Notes under the pieces: generated by a model
Database searches by the model: none
Told to the model about the DNA's origin: nothing
Seen by the model: the letters and a program-made list of their open reading frames with translations, nothing else
Origin: Alphaproteobacteria bacterium
Lineage (GTDB): Bacteria; Pseudomonadota; Alphaproteobacteria; Rickettsiales; SXRF01
Reading direction: 5' to 3'
NCBI GenBank assembly: GCA_046344715.1
Contig: JBKDKX010000004.1
Location: 30,892 to 94,891 of the forward strand
Length of the DNA stretch: 64,000 bases
In this document: piece after piece, positions 27,492 through 37,656 of the stretch
How positions within the stretch are numbered: the first letter of the stretch is position 1
Layout of the letters: every line of letters begins with the position of its first letter
Translations under genes and position numbers: made by a program

Positions 27492-29897
27492 ATGCAAAAC
27501 ACGACTGAAACCAAGACCGAAATATACCCTGTACTGCCGCTTCGAGACATTGTGGTATTTCCTTCCATGGTGGTGCCACTGTTTGTTGGCCGCGAAAAGT
27601 CAGTGCGTGCCCTTGAAGAAGTGGTAAAGCGCGAGGGGAAGATACTTCTAGTCACTCAGAAAAATGGCGGAGTCGATGATCCGCGTGAGTCCGATCTGTA
27701 TAAAATGGGTACCATCGGCAATATCCTCCAGCTGCTTCGCTTGCCAGACGGCACCGTCAAAGTACTAGTGGAAGGTGTGGCACGTGCCAGTATTATTGAG
27801 TTTCTCGATAATCCTGACTATTTTCAGGTTCTGGGTGGATTAGCGAATGATGATGCAGTATCAGAGAAAAAAGAAGTTGATGCGCTGTACCGCACCGTAC
27901 TCAACCAATTTGAGCAATATGTTAAGTTAAACAAGAAGATACAGCCCGAAACTCTTGGCGCAGTCAGCAAGCTGACTAGCCCATCACTCATGGCCGATAC
28001 AATCGCTGCCCACATGTCTGTGGATATCGCCGAAAAACAAAAAATCCTTGAGATGCTCTCCGTGCATGACAGGCTGGAGCACATATTTGCCCTCATGGAA
28101 AGTGAGATTGCCGTACTCAATACGGAACGCCGCATTCGCTCCCGCGTAAAACGCCAGATGGAAAAAACCCAGCGCGAATACTACCTGAATGAGCAGATGA
28201 AGGCTATCCAGAAGGAACTCGGCGAAGGTGAAGACGGTAAGGATGAACTGGGCGAGATTGAAGGAAAAATCAATAAGCTGAAGCTCTCCAAAGAAGCGCG
28301 TGAAAAATGTATGGCCGAGTTGAAGAAGCTCCGCACCATGAGCAGCATGTCAGCGGAAGCATCAGTTATCCGCAATTACCTTGACTGGGTTACCTCCCTG
28401 CCATGGAAGAAACCAACACGCATTGCAAATAATCTCAAAAATGCTCAGCATGTGCTGGATGAAGATCACTACGGACTCGAGAAAGTAAAAGAGCGTATCC
28501 TTGAATATCTTGCCGTGCAGCAGCGCACCAAGCAAGTAAGAAGCCAGATTTTATGTATCGTTGGTCCTCCGGGTGTGGGTAAAACCTCGCTAGCAAAGTC
28601 GGTAGCGCGTGCCACTGGCCGTAACTTCGTGCGTATTTCGCTGGGTGGTGTGCGTGATGAGGCAGAGATTCGTGGTCATCGCCGCACGTATATTGGTTCA
28701 ATGCCAGGTAAAATCATCCAGTCGATGAAAAAAGCTAAATCCAGCAACCCGCTTTTCCTGCTCGATGAAATCGACAAAATGGGCTCTGATTTCCGTGGCG
28801 ATCCTGCTGCAGCTTTGCTTGAAGTGCTTGATCCTGAACAAAACAACACCTTCAGCGATCATTATCTGGAAGTAGATTATGATTTGTCAGATGTCATGTT
28901 TATTGCGACTGCAAACAGCATGAATATGCCACGTCCGCTCATGGATCGCATGGAAGTGATTCGTATTCCGGGTTATACGGAAGACGAAAAAATCCATATC
29001 GCCAAACAGCATCTCATTCCGAAACAAATCAAAAATCATGGCCTCAAAAAAGACGAATGGTCGATGGAGGAATCCGCACTGCGTGACATTATTCGTTATT
29101 ACACGCGTGAGGCTGGCGTACGTAGCCTTGAGCGCGAAATTGCCAATACCGCCCGCAAATCCGTGAAGGAAATTTTGCTGGAAGAGAAAAATAAGATCAT
29201 CATAAGCGCTAAAAACCTTGGGAAATATGCCGGTGTACGCAAATACACCTTCGGTGAAGTTGAAAAAGAAGACCTAATCGGCATGGTCACGGGTCTTGCA
29301 TGGACAGAAGTGGGCGGTGATTTACTCGTCATTGAAGCCGTCACCATGCCTGGAAAAGGAAAAACCAGCATCACCGGCAAACTTGGTGACGTGATGCAGG
29401 AATCTGTGCAGGCGGCCATTTCTTATGTGCGTTCGCGCTCACTGGATTTCGGTGTGATCCCGCCTACCTTCCAGCAGAAAGATATTCACGTGCACGTACC
29501 GGAAGGCGCAACACCGAAGGATGGACCATCCGCAGGTATCGCCATGACCACCGCCATTGTATCGGTACTCACCGGTATTCCTGTGAAGAAAAATGTTGCT
29601 ATGACCGGCGAAGTCACTCTGCGTGGCCGCGTGCTTGGCATTGGCGGCCTGAAGGAAAAACTGCTCGCCGCTCTGCGCGGCGGCATCACCACCGTGCTGA
29701 TTCCACAGGAAAATGTGAAAGACCTCGAAGAAATTCCTGAAAATGTGAAAAGCGGCTTAGAGATTATCCCCGTATCCACCGTGGATGAGGTTCTGAAACA
29801 TGCGCTGGTGCGTATGCCGGAATCCATTGAGTGGACACCGCCACCCGCAGTCTCTGCTATCAGAACCGATGGCGGTGAAGGTGTAGTGACACATTAG
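27492..29897 (+). CDS. lon: ATP-dependent Lon protease
   Basis: 801 aa. Walker A GPPGVGKTSLAKS. Catalytic Ser region PKDGPSAGIAMTTA. Lys region ..MTGEVTLRGRVLGIGGLKEK... Confidence 0.95.
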   Translation: MQNTTETKTEIYPVLPLRDIVVFPSMVVPLFVGREKSVRALEEVVKREGKILLVTQKNGGVDDPRESDLYKMGTIGNILQLLRLPDGTVKVLVEGVARASIIEFLDNPDYFQVLGGLANDDAVSEKKEVDALYRTVLNQFEQYVKLNKKIQPETLGAVSKLTSPSLMADTIAAHMSVDIAEKQKILEMLSVHDRLEHIFALMESEIAVLNTERRIRSRVKRQMEKTQREYYLNEQMKAIQKELGEGEDGKDELGEIEGKINKLKLSKEAREKCMAELKKLRTMSSMSAEASVIRNYLDWVTSLPWKKPTRIANNLKNAQHVLDEDHYGLEKVKERILEYLAVQQRTKQVRSQILCIVGPPGVGKTSLAKSVARATGRNFVRISLGGVRDEAEIRGHRRTYIGSMPGKIIQSMKKAKSSNPLFLLDEIDKMGSDFRGDPAAALLEVLDPEQNNTFSDHYLEVDYDLSDVMFIATANSMNMPRPLMDRMEVIRIPGYTEDEKIHIAKQHLIPKQIKNHGLKKDEWSMEESALRDIIRYYTREAGVRSLEREIANTARKSVKEILLEEKNKIIISAKNLGKYAGVRKYTFGEVEKEDLIGMVTGLAWTEVGGDLLVIEAVTMPGKGKTSITGKLGDVMQESVQAAISYVRSRSLDFGVIPPTFQQKDIHVHVPEGATPKDGPSAGIAMTTAIVSVLTGIPVKKNVAMTGEVTLRGRVLGIGGLKEKLLAALRGGITTVLIPQENVKDLEEIPENVKSGLEIIPVSTVDEVLKHALVRMPESIEWTPPPAVSAIRTDGGEGVVTH

Positions 29898-29903
29898 TTT
29901 GTA

Positions 29904-30644
29904 ATGACAGCAGATTATACAGCATTCCTTTCAAAGCTGCATAAGCGCAATCAGGAGATACACCAATCAAAACAGCACATTTGGCAATCAAAACTTGTGC
30001 TAAATCCGCTCTTGAATCAACTATCGCACCACAAGAAAGATATTTTCTTTATACAAATTGGTGCCTGTGACGGTGTGCTACACGACCCCATACGACCATT
30101 TATATTACGCTATGGCTGGAACGGTATTTTGGTAGAACCTTTGCCTGATTTATTTGAACAACTGAAAGAAAATTATGCTGGCAAGCATGGTCTTATATTC
30201 GAGAATATTGCTATTGCTGAATCTATAACGAAAAAATCGCTATACCGTATTGATCCTGCTATGCTTGATCAATTTCCAGAATGGGCAGCAGGTTGCGGTA
30301 CATTTATAGAGAATAGCAAAAATATTGCTACAAAGCCTGAAATGAAAAATCATCTTATTGCACAAGAGGTAGAAACCGTACCGCTTGAAACACTGCTTAC
30401 AAAGCATAACGTTTCAGCCATCGACATGTTACAGATTGATACAGAAGGATACGACTACAAAGTACTCAGGCAGGTGGATTTTTTACGCTACAAACCATTA
30501 GTGATAAACATGGAATTTGTGCACCTAACGGATGAAGAAAAAATGTCTACCTATGCCCTGCTGAACGAACAAGGCTACGCTTACCGCACACACCACCTTG
30601 ATATTATTGCTGCACAGAAAACATTTCTAGATACGTTATCTTGA
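29904..30644 (+). CDS. FkbM-family SAM-dependent methyltransferase
   Basis: 246 aa. ..FIQIGACDGVLHDPI.. followed by ..VEPLPDLFEQLKENY.. and ..MLQIDTEGYDYKVL.., the pattern typical of FkbM methyltransferases. Starts 6 nt after the lon stop. Confidence 0.7.
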   Translation: MTADYTAFLSKLHKRNQEIHQSKQHIWQSKLVLNPLLNQLSHHKKDIFFIQIGACDGVLHDPIRPFILRYGWNGILVEPLPDLFEQLKENYAGKHGLIFENIAIAESITKKSLYRIDPAMLDQFPEWAAGCGTFIENSKNIATKPEMKNHLIAQEVETVPLETLLTKHNVSAIDMLQIDTEGYDYKVLRQVDFLRYKPLVINMEFVHLTDEEKMSTYALLNEQGYAYRTHHLDIIAAQKTFLDTLS

Positions 30645-30646
30645 CG

Positions 30647-31501
30647 CTACTTGAACACCACCGTCTTCTGGCCATTGAGCAAAACGCGGTGTTCCACATG
30701 GTATTTAAGTGCACGCGAAAGCACCAGACATTCAATATCACGGCCAATCGCCACCAAATCTTCCACGCTATGGGCATGGTCTACCCGCGCCACTTCCTGC
30801 TCAATAATTGGCCCTTCATCAAGGTCGGTTGTTACATAATGCGCGGTTGCACCAATAATTTTAACCCCACGCGCATAGGCCTGTGCATAAGGCTTAGCGC
30901 CTTTGAAGCTAGGCAAAAACGAGTGATGAATATTAATCGCCTTACCAGAAAGAGCCGTGCACATCTCTGCTGACAATATCTGCATGTACCGCGCCAGCAC
31001 AACCACATCCACCGCATGATCATTTACAATCTCCAGAATCTTTTTCTCCTGCGCAGATTTATCACCATGAATCGGCAAATGATAAAACGGCACATTATGC
31101 CACTTCGCCACATGCTCTAAATCCGGATGGTTAGAGACAATCGCTGGAATATTGATGGTAAGCTGGCCTGTCTCATACCGGTAGAGTAAATCGTTCAGGC
31201 AGTGCCCTTCCTTAGAAACCATGATGAGCACACGACTCTTTTGCTGTTTGCCACGCATCTCCCACTGCATGGAAAATGGCTTGGCTACCACATCAGCAAA
31301 TTCAGCGCGGAGTTTTTCCTCCGCTGGCGCACCTGTTTCCAGCCCAAAATCAACACGCATGAAGAAACGCCCCGTGGATTCATCACCAAACTGGCCAGAT
31401 TCTACAATAAACCCGCAGCGGTCAGCCAGAAACCGGCTTACAGAAGCCACTATGCCGCGCACGTCTTTGCAGGAAAGTGTAAGAATATAGCGATTATCCA
31501 T
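30647..31501 (-). CDS. purU: Formyltetrahydrofolate deformylase
   Basis: 284 aa. N-terminal ACT domain (YILTLSCKDVRGIVASVSRFLA). Formyltransferase core ..INIHHSFLPSFKGAKPY.. and ..GATAHYVTTDLDEGPII... Confidence 0.9.
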   Translation of the reverse strand: MDNRYILTLSCKDVRGIVASVSRFLADRCGFIVESGQFGDESTGRFFMRVDFGLETGAPAEEKLRAEFADVVAKPFSMQWEMRGKQQKSRVLIMVSKEGHCLNDLLYRYETGQLTINIPAIVSNHPDLEHVAKWHNVPFYHLPIHGDKSAQEKKILEIVNDHAVDVVVLARYMQILSAEMCTALSGKAINIHHSFLPSFKGAKPYAQAYARGVKIIGATAHYVTTDLDEGPIIEQEVARVDHAHSVEDLVAIGRDIECLVLSRALKYHVEHRVLLNGQKTVVFK

Positions 31502-33522
31502 TATGCTACCTTTTTAGATTTCAGGTGTTGTTGCAGTTCAGGATTATGCCGATCAAAATGACACTCGAACGTAGAACCTTTACCCACATCGGAATGCACC
31601 TCAACATGCCCACCATGCAACTCAACAAAACTTTTTACGATAGAAAGACCAAGACCGGTGCCGGAACGCTTGCCCGATTTATTTTTTGCACCTTCCTGCG
31701 CTTTGCCTTTATAGAATTTACCAAAGACCTCCGCCTGCTCCTCCGTTGGTATCCCCTGCCCTTCATCGGCTACCCAAAGCACCACGCCATCATTTTCTGC
31801 TTCACGCGCACCAAGAGTAATCGTCTGCCCTGCATCTGAATATTTGATGGCGTTAGAAAGCAGGTTGAAGAGGATCTGTTTGATGCGGGTTTCATCACCC
31901 GTCATTTTTCCAATCTTGCCTGCACACTCAAATGCTACCTGGATATTATGCTCTTTTACACGCTCCTGAATCAGCGAGAGTACCGATTTCATCATGGCAT
32001 ATACATCGAACTTCGTGACATCAAGGCGCATATATCCAGCTTCCACACTGGCCAAATCAAGAATGTCATTAATCAGCTGCATCAATCGCATGGAAGATTG
32101 GTGGATACCATCCACATACTCTTTCTGTTTCTCGGAAAGCGCACCAAAATACTCCTGTTTGAGCATTTCTGAAAATCCGGCAATGGAGGTAAGCGGCGAG
32201 CGCAATTCATACGATACATTAGCAAGGAATTCTGTTTTGAGTTTGTCTGCTTCCTGTAATGCTTCATTACGTTCTCGTAAAGATCGCTCTACCAGCGTGG
32301 AATCAGTAATATCCATGTAGGTAATGAGTGTCGCGCCATCCGGCAGTGGAATTTTTCGCCAGTCAATCACCTTGCCGTCCGTGCGCTCCAGCTGGCGTGA
32401 ACGCAGCTCACGCACCTGAATCTGCGCGATGTGATCCTGCTTGAACGTTTCCCAATCTTCAAACACAAAGAGGGGTTTGCAACGCTCTACTATTTCAGAA
32501 ATATGCGGCTCGCTTACCGCAAGCTCTGCATCAATATTCCACATACTAAGATAGCCAGGATTATAGAGTTTTAACCTGCCGTCCTCGCCAAACACGGCAA
32601 GCCCTTCATGCAGATTATCCAGCGTTTCACGCTGGACGGCAATCAGCGTATTATAAGAACGCTCCAGTGCCAGCCTGTCAGTGACATCTTCATACGCAAA
32701 TAAAATTCCGCCAAGCGCATGCGGAATAGCAATAACGCGTAATGAAACTCCATCTGGCAGATGGAAAAATTCTTCACGTGGCTCGATAAGGTCGGTGAAT
32801 AATTTGACCTGTTGCTGCTTGAACATCTGGAAATTCGCCTGTTCCGGCAGTTTGCGTTTTTCACGCAATACTTCGAGTATCTCGCTGTAAGTCGGCTGCG
32901 TGCCAAGCCATATTTCATCAAACTTCCAGAGTGCCACAAACGCATAATTGAACGATTTAAGCCGCATGTCTGCGCCATAAATCGCCATAGCAGACGCTGA
33001 GCTTTCCAATAGATCTGTTTGGGCAGATACATGCCTTTGCAAATCTTCTTTTAAAATTTCCAGCTCTGTCATATCTTGCGCAAAACCTACGGACATTTTT
33101 TCCTGCGTAAGTGGCAACTCAGTAATGTCATAAAGCCTGCGCTCACCCGCAACCACAATATGCCTTCGTTCATGCGCTGGCTTGCCACTTTCGATAGCCT
33201 GCCGTGCCATAGGCTTCATTTTCTGGTCAAGCTCTGGTGTTTCTACACTCTCGCCCTCTTCCTCCACTGCCATGCTGTAAGCAAGATTATAGAACTTCAG
33301 GCGAAGTGATTCATCACGTTGCCAGATAGGATATGGGGACATATTGATGATGGTGGAGTAATTACGCAGTTCGCTTTTTAGTTTTTCATTTTCTTGCGAA
33401 AGGCGAAGAATCTGCTTTTTTTGTTCTTCAATTTCAACCTGCGCAGCGATGTGCGAAGATGGCTTGGCTGCCGCTCCCAGAGCGGATTTCAACACATCCT
33501 TAAATCGCCGTGATTCTGCCAT
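31501..33522 (-). CDS. divL: DivL-like PAS-domain sensor kinase homolog with Tyr replacing the phosphoacceptor His
   Basis: 673 aa. The H-box reads FLANVSYELRSPLTSIAGFSEML, with Tyr codon TAT at 32209-32211 on the minus strand. N box LFNLLSNAIKYS, G1 VADEGQGIP and G2 GTGLGLSIV are intact. Coiled-coil N-terminus and PAS-like repeats. Confidence 0.7.
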   Translation of the reverse strand: MAESRRFKDVLKSALGAAAKPSSHIAAQVEIEEQKKQILRLSQENEKLKSELRNYSTIINMSPYPIWQRDESLRLKFYNLAYSMAVEEEGESVETPELDQKMKPMARQAIESGKPAHERRHIVVAGERRLYDITELPLTQEKMSVGFAQDMTELEILKEDLQRHVSAQTDLLESSASAMAIYGADMRLKSFNYAFVALWKFDEIWLGTQPTYSEILEVLREKRKLPEQANFQMFKQQQVKLFTDLIEPREEFFHLPDGVSLRVIAIPHALGGILFAYEDVTDRLALERSYNTLIAVQRETLDNLHEGLAVFGEDGRLKLYNPGYLSMWNIDAELAVSEPHISEIVERCKPLFVFEDWETFKQDHIAQIQVRELRSRQLERTDGKVIDWRKIPLPDGATLITYMDITDSTLVERSLRERNEALQEADKLKTEFLANVSYELRSPLTSIAGFSEMLKQEYFGALSEKQKEYVDGIHQSSMRLMQLINDILDLASVEAGYMRLDVTKFDVYAMMKSVLSLIQERVKEHNIQVAFECAGKIGKMTGDETRIKQILFNLLSNAIKYSDAGQTITLGAREAENDGVVLWVADEGQGIPTEEQAEVFGKFYKGKAQEGAKNKSGKRSGTGLGLSIVKSFVELHGGHVEVHSDVGKGSTFECHFDRHNPELQQHLKSKKVA

Positions 33523-33563
33523 GACATTGTTTTAGAATAAATATCGGAAGCTGTCATGTAAAA

Positions 33564-33639
33564 TTAGTTACTTGTTACTGGTTGCTAGTTGCCAGGAATT
33601 TTCATAACCAGCAACTAACAACCAGCAACTAGAAACTAA
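33564..33639. repeat. Inverted heptanucleotide-repeat element (family A) after ahcY
   Basis: Left arm TTAGTTA CTTGTTA CTGGTTG CTAGTTG CCAGG. Right arm AACCAGC AACTAAC AACCAGC AACTAGA AACTAA. The arms are about 80 percent complementary by hand alignment. The final heptamer carries the ahcY TAG stop (33636-33638). Confidence 0.7.
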
Positions 33640-34955
33640 TACCGATAAGCATCCGGCTTGAACGGGCCTTCTTGCGGTACGCTGATATATTCAGCTTGTT
33701 TCTTGGTAAGTTTAGTGAGCTTCACGCCAAGCTTTTCAAGGTGCAGTGCCGCCACTTTTTCATCCAGATGCTTTGGCAGAACATATACTTTGTTTTCGTA
33801 TTTCGAGTGATTTTTCCATAGCTCAATTTGTGCAATTACCTGATTGGAGAAGCTGGTGCTCATCACAAAACTTGGATGACCAGTCGCGCAGCCAAGGTTC
33901 ACAAGGCGGCCTTTGGCGAGCAGAATAATGCGCTTGCCATCAGGAAATTCCACTTCATCCACCTGCGGTTTGATTTCATTCCACTTCATGTTGCGCAGTG
34001 CCGCCACCTCAATTTCGCTATCGAAATGGCCAATGTTGCACACAATTGCGCGGTCTTTCATCGCACGCATATGATCCAGCGTTATGATGTCTTCATTACC
34101 GGTTGCGGTCACAAAAATATCAGCAATCGGCGCCATTTCTTCCATGGTGGTTACCTGATAACCTTCCATCGCAGCCTGAAGCGCGCATATAGGATCAATT
34201 TCAGTGACGATAACGCGGGCACCCTGTGTTTTAAGAGATGCAGCGCAACCCTTGCCCACGTCACCAAAACCAGCAACCACGCAGATTTTACCTGCAAGCA
34301 TCACATCGGTTGCGCGTTTTAGACCATCCGGCAATGATTCGCGACAACCATACAAATTGTCGAATTTGGATTTTGTGACAGAGTTATTCACGTCAATAGC
34401 TGGCACCTTCAGTTTTCCAGCTTTTACCATTTCATGCAGACGATGCACGCCGGTGGTAGTTTCTTCGGAAATACCCTTGATATGCGCAAGCAAATCAGGA
34501 TGCTTTTCATGCATGATTTTGGTGACGTCACCGCCGTCATCCAGAATCATATTCGCTGTCCAGCCGTTCGGTCCTTTCAGTGTCTGTTCGATGCACCATT
34601 CATATTCTTCTTCGGTTTCGCCTTTCCATGCGAATACAGGAATGCCTGCTGCTGCAATCGCCGCCGCTGCCTGATCCTGTGTAGAGAAAATATTGCAGCT
34701 GCTCCAGCGCACTTCCGCACCCAATGCTGTGAGCGTTTCAATGAGGACCGCAGTTTGAATGGTCATATGCAGGCAGCCAATGATACGCGCACCTTTCAGC
34801 GGTTGGCTTTTGCCATATTCTTTGCGAAGTGCCATGAGGCCTGGCATTTCGCTTTCCGCAATGGAGATTTCCTTGCGACCCCACTCAGCCAAATTAATAT
34901 CAGCAACTTTGTAATCAGTGAATAATACGTTATGCGGATTTGGCTTAGCAGACAT
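33636..34955 (-). CDS. ahcY: Adenosylhomocysteinase
   Basis: 439 aa. ..[25 protein letters not shown]... NAD site ..[13 protein letters not shown]... C-terminal ..KPDAYRY. Confidence 0.95.
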   Translation of the reverse strand: MSAKPNPHNVLFTDYKVADINLAEWGRKEISIAESEMPGLMALRKEYGKSQPLKGARIIGCLHMTIQTAVLIETLTALGAEVRWSSCNIFSTQDQAAAAIAAAGIPVFAWKGETEEEYEWCIEQTLKGPNGWTANMILDDGGDVTKIMHEKHPDLLAHIKGISEETTTGVHRLHEMVKAGKLKVPAIDVNNSVTKSKFDNLYGCRESLPDGLKRATDVMLAGKICVVAGFGDVGKGCAASLKTQGARVIVTEIDPICALQAAMEGYQVTTMEEMAPIADIFVTATGNEDIITLDHMRAMKDRAIVCNIGHFDSEIEVAALRNMKWNEIKPQVDEVEFPDGKRIILLAKGRLVNLGCATGHPSFVMSTSFSNQVIAQIELWKNHSKYENKVYVLPKHLDEKVAALHLEKLGVKLTKLTKKQAEYISVPQEGPFKPDAYRY

Positions 34956-35030
34956 GGGGGTTCCTTTCGAGTTTTAATGCCGGAAACCTAGCGTTTATGG
35001 CCAAAAAGGCAAGCAAAAACCCTTTTACTT

Positions 35031-35115
35031 GTCATCCCCGCTTTATGCGGGGATCTAGGGACTAGTGAATAGAACTATCGTGTGGCTCTAGATCCCCGCA
35101 TAAAGCGGGGATGAC
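35031..35115. repeat. GTCAT...ATGAC element with perfect 28-bp terminal inverted repeats
   Basis: GTCATCCCCGCTTTATGCGGGGATCTAG (35031-35058) is the exact reverse complement of 35088-35115. The spacer is 29 bp. Each arm contains a CCCCGC-N5-GCGGGG hairpin. Confidence 0.75.
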
Positions 35116-35116
35116 A

Positions 35117-35614
35117 CTATTTTTTTATCTCAATCAGGCTATTCGTATCAAGATTAGGCAAAATCTCTAATAAATCAGCTTTTGCCAGTGCTACACAACC
35201 TTCCGTGTATGAGTAATCCGGCTTGGCCACATGCAGGAAAATGGCACTGCCAAGGCCAGAAACTATTGGATCATCATTGTACCCCATGGGCACGATCAGG
35301 TCATACATGTCATCATCCCGCCAGAGGTTTTCATGTGATGCCGCAAAGGGCAATTTTACGTGGCGGTTATATTCCAGACTTTTGGGATCATCGCACCAGC
35401 CATCATCCGGCTGAATTATCTTAAGCCGAAGGCCAGTTTCTGGCGTATCCATTTTATCTGCACGATACCAGCATTCCCTGAGCGGGAAAATGCCCACAGG
35501 CGTAATGCCATCACCCTCTTGATGCTTGGGCGCGAACCCGCTACGTCCGATAGCGCAACGATAGGTTTTGCCATTAAAAAAAACTGTGTTCCCAGTAACT
35601 AGAATTTTTGTCAT
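35117..35614 (-). CDS. L,D-transpeptidase (YkuD) family protein
   Basis: 165 aa. Catalytic signature ..IFLHVAKPDYSYTEGCVAL.. (His...Gly-Cys). Confidence 0.8.
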   Translation of the reverse strand: MTKILVTGNTVFFNGKTYRCAIGRSGFAPKHQEGDGITPVGIFPLRECWYRADKMDTPETGLRLKIIQPDDGWCDDPKSLEYNRHVKLPFAASHENLWRDDDMYDLIVPMGYNDDPIVSGLGSAIFLHVAKPDYSYTEGCVALAKADLLEILPNLDTNSLIEIKK

Positions 35615-35695
35615 TGCGAGCGTTATTGAAGCAATCCAGTTTTCACACTACAGTAGGAGCTGGATTGCTTCGTCGTGAATGCTCCTCGCAATGGC
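35610..35695. repeat. Nested palindromic element (CATTGCGAG / GAAGCAATCCAG family) filling the dxs-ldt spacer
   Basis: Outer pair CATTGCGAG (35612-35620) and CTCGCAATG (35685-35693). Inner perfect 12-bp pair GAAGCAATCCAG (35628-35639) and CTGGATTGCTTC (35660-35671). Confidence 0.65.
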
Positions 35696-35699
35696 GGGA

Positions 35700-37592
35700 T
35701 TATCCCTGCTTTTTTACCAACACCGGTTTATTGCCGAGGCGTTTGGTTACAGCCTGCACAATCTGTGCGGCGTTCAAGCCCGCTTCGTCATATTGCACTT
35801 GAGGGTTGTTCTGCTCAATGAATACATCCGGCAGGTAGAGCGGAAGAATTTTAGAAGCATCTAAGTTTTCTTTTGCTGCAAAACACAGAACATGCGCGCC
35901 AAAACCGCCGATAGCACCCTCCTCCACCGTCACCACTAATTCGTGGATTTTAAGCAGGTTGCGCACCAATTCTTCGTCTATTGGTTTAGCAAAACGGGCA
36001 TCTGCCACGGTTGCATTTAATTCCTCAGCAGCTTTCATACATTCCGCAAGGCGCGTACCCAGCGAAAGAATCGCCACCCGTTCGCCATTTCTAACAATGC
36101 GGCCTTTGCCAATTTCCAGTGGAATGCCTTGTTTGGGCAATTCCACGCCAACACCTTCACCACGAGGATAACGCACGGCAGATGGCCTGTCGTTAATCGC
36201 AGCGCACGTCGCCACCATATGCACTAATTCAGATTCATCTGCAGCGGCCATCACCACGAAATTGGGTAGCGTGGAAAGATAAGTAATGTCAAAGGCGCCT
36301 GCATGTGTTGCGCCATCGGCGCCCACGAGCCCTGCTCTATCCAAAGCAAAGCGTACGGGCAAATTCTGAATCGCCACATCATGCACCACCTGATCATAGG
36401 CACGTTGCAGGAAGGTGGAATAAATTGCGCAGAAGGGCTTATAGCCCTGAGTTGCAAGGCCTGCTGCAAAGGTTACGGCGTGTTGCTCGGCAATGCCCAC
36501 ATCGAAAGTACGCGTAGGGAATTTTTCGGCAAATTTATCAAGCCCTGTGCCGGATGGCATGGCGGCAGTGATAGCAATAATTTTCTCATCCTTCGCGGCT
36601 TCAGCAATCAGGCTGTCGGCAAATACCTTGGTGTAGCTTGGCGCAGCGGCAGCAGATTTTTTCTGTGCACCTGTGCTTACATCAAATTTCACGACACCAT
36701 GATATTTATCGTCTGATTCCTCAGCTGGTGCATAGCCATGGCCTTTTTTGGTGACCACATGGAGCAGTATGGGGCCGGAATCCTTTTCATCGCGGATATT
36801 TTTGAGCACTGGCAGCAAATGCTCCAGATTATGGCCATCCACCGGCCCTACATAATAAAAACCAAGCTGTTCAAATAGCGTGCCGCCCACAGCCATATTG
36901 CGTGCCGCATGTTCAGCTTTTTTAGCCAAGCGTTGCAGTGGCTCCGGAAATTTGCTGGCCATCACTTTGCCGATGTGACGAAGCGTGTGATACGGGTGTG
37001 AGGAAATCAGCCGCGCGAGATAGGCACTCATCGCACCCACAGGCGGTGCAATCGACATATCATTATCATTCAAAATCACTATCAGGCGCGTGTCTAAACT
37101 GCCCGCATTATTGAGTGCTTCGAACGCCATGCCTGCACTCATTGCACCATCACCGATAACAGCGATAACATCATGCTTTTTGCCATCCATATCACGAGCA
37201 ACTGCCATGCCAAGCGCAGCAGAAATGGAGGTTGAACTATGACCAGCGCCGAACGCATCATATGCACTTTCATCGCGTTTGCAGAACCCAGATAATCCTT
37301 CAGGCTGACGCAGTGTACGAATACGGTCGCGCCTGCCAGTGAGAATTTTATGTGGATAGGATTGATGACCAACATCCCAGATAAGAATATCTTCCGGTGT
37401 GTTGAATACGTGATGTATCGCAAGCGTAAGCTCCACCACGCCAAGCCCAGCACCTAAATGCCCACCCGTTACCGACACAGCATCGACCGTCTCAGTGCGC
37501 AGCTCTGCCGCCAGCTGCTGCAACTGCTCAAGCGAAAAGTTACGCATGTCAGCGGGCATGTTAACAGTATCAAGAAGTGGTGTATTGCTCAC
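35700..37592 (-). CDS. dxs: 1-deoxy-D-xylulose-5-phosphate synthase
   Basis: 630 aa with a GTG start. ..[14 protein letters not shown].. and TPP motif ..[18 protein letters not shown]... Confidence 0.95.
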   Translation of the reverse strand: MSNTPLLDTVNMPADMRNFSLEQLQQLAAELRTETVDAVSVTGGHLGAGLGVVELTLAIHHVFNTPEDILIWDVGHQSYPHKILTGRRDRIRTLRQPEGLSGFCKRDESAYDAFGAGHSSTSISAALGMAVARDMDGKKHDVIAVIGDGAMSAGMAFEALNNAGSLDTRLIVILNDNDMSIAPPVGAMSAYLARLISSHPYHTLRHIGKVMASKFPEPLQRLAKKAEHAARNMAVGGTLFEQLGFYYVGPVDGHNLEHLLPVLKNIRDEKDSGPILLHVVTKKGHGYAPAEESDDKYHGVVKFDVSTGAQKKSAAAAPSYTKVFADSLIAEAAKDEKIIAITAAMPSGTGLDKFAEKFPTRTFDVGIAEQHAVTFAAGLATQGYKPFCAIYSTFLQRAYDQVVHDVAIQNLPVRFALDRAGLVGADGATHAGAFDITYLSTLPNFVVMAAADESELVHMVATCAAINDRPSAVRYPRGEGVGVELPKQGIPLEIGKGRIVRNGERVAILSLGTRLAECMKAAEELNATVADARFAKPIDEELVRNLLKIHELVVTVEEGAIGGFGAHVLCFAAKENLDASKILPLYLPDVFIEQNNPQVQYDEAGLNAAQIVQAVTKRLGNKPVLVKKQG

Positions 37593-37656
37593 AAAACGTT
37601 CCTAGTAGAAAGGAGCGTAAACTAGCAGGAATACGCTAAATGTCAGGTGTTTTTTG

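Noticed and set aside
34956-35030. Looked for an SAH riboswitch in the ahcY 5' region
   Set aside because: The minus-strand leader shows none of the conserved SAH-element segments (GAGGAGCGCUGC..., ...AACGGCGCUCA). The space is largely taken up by a palindromic repeat.
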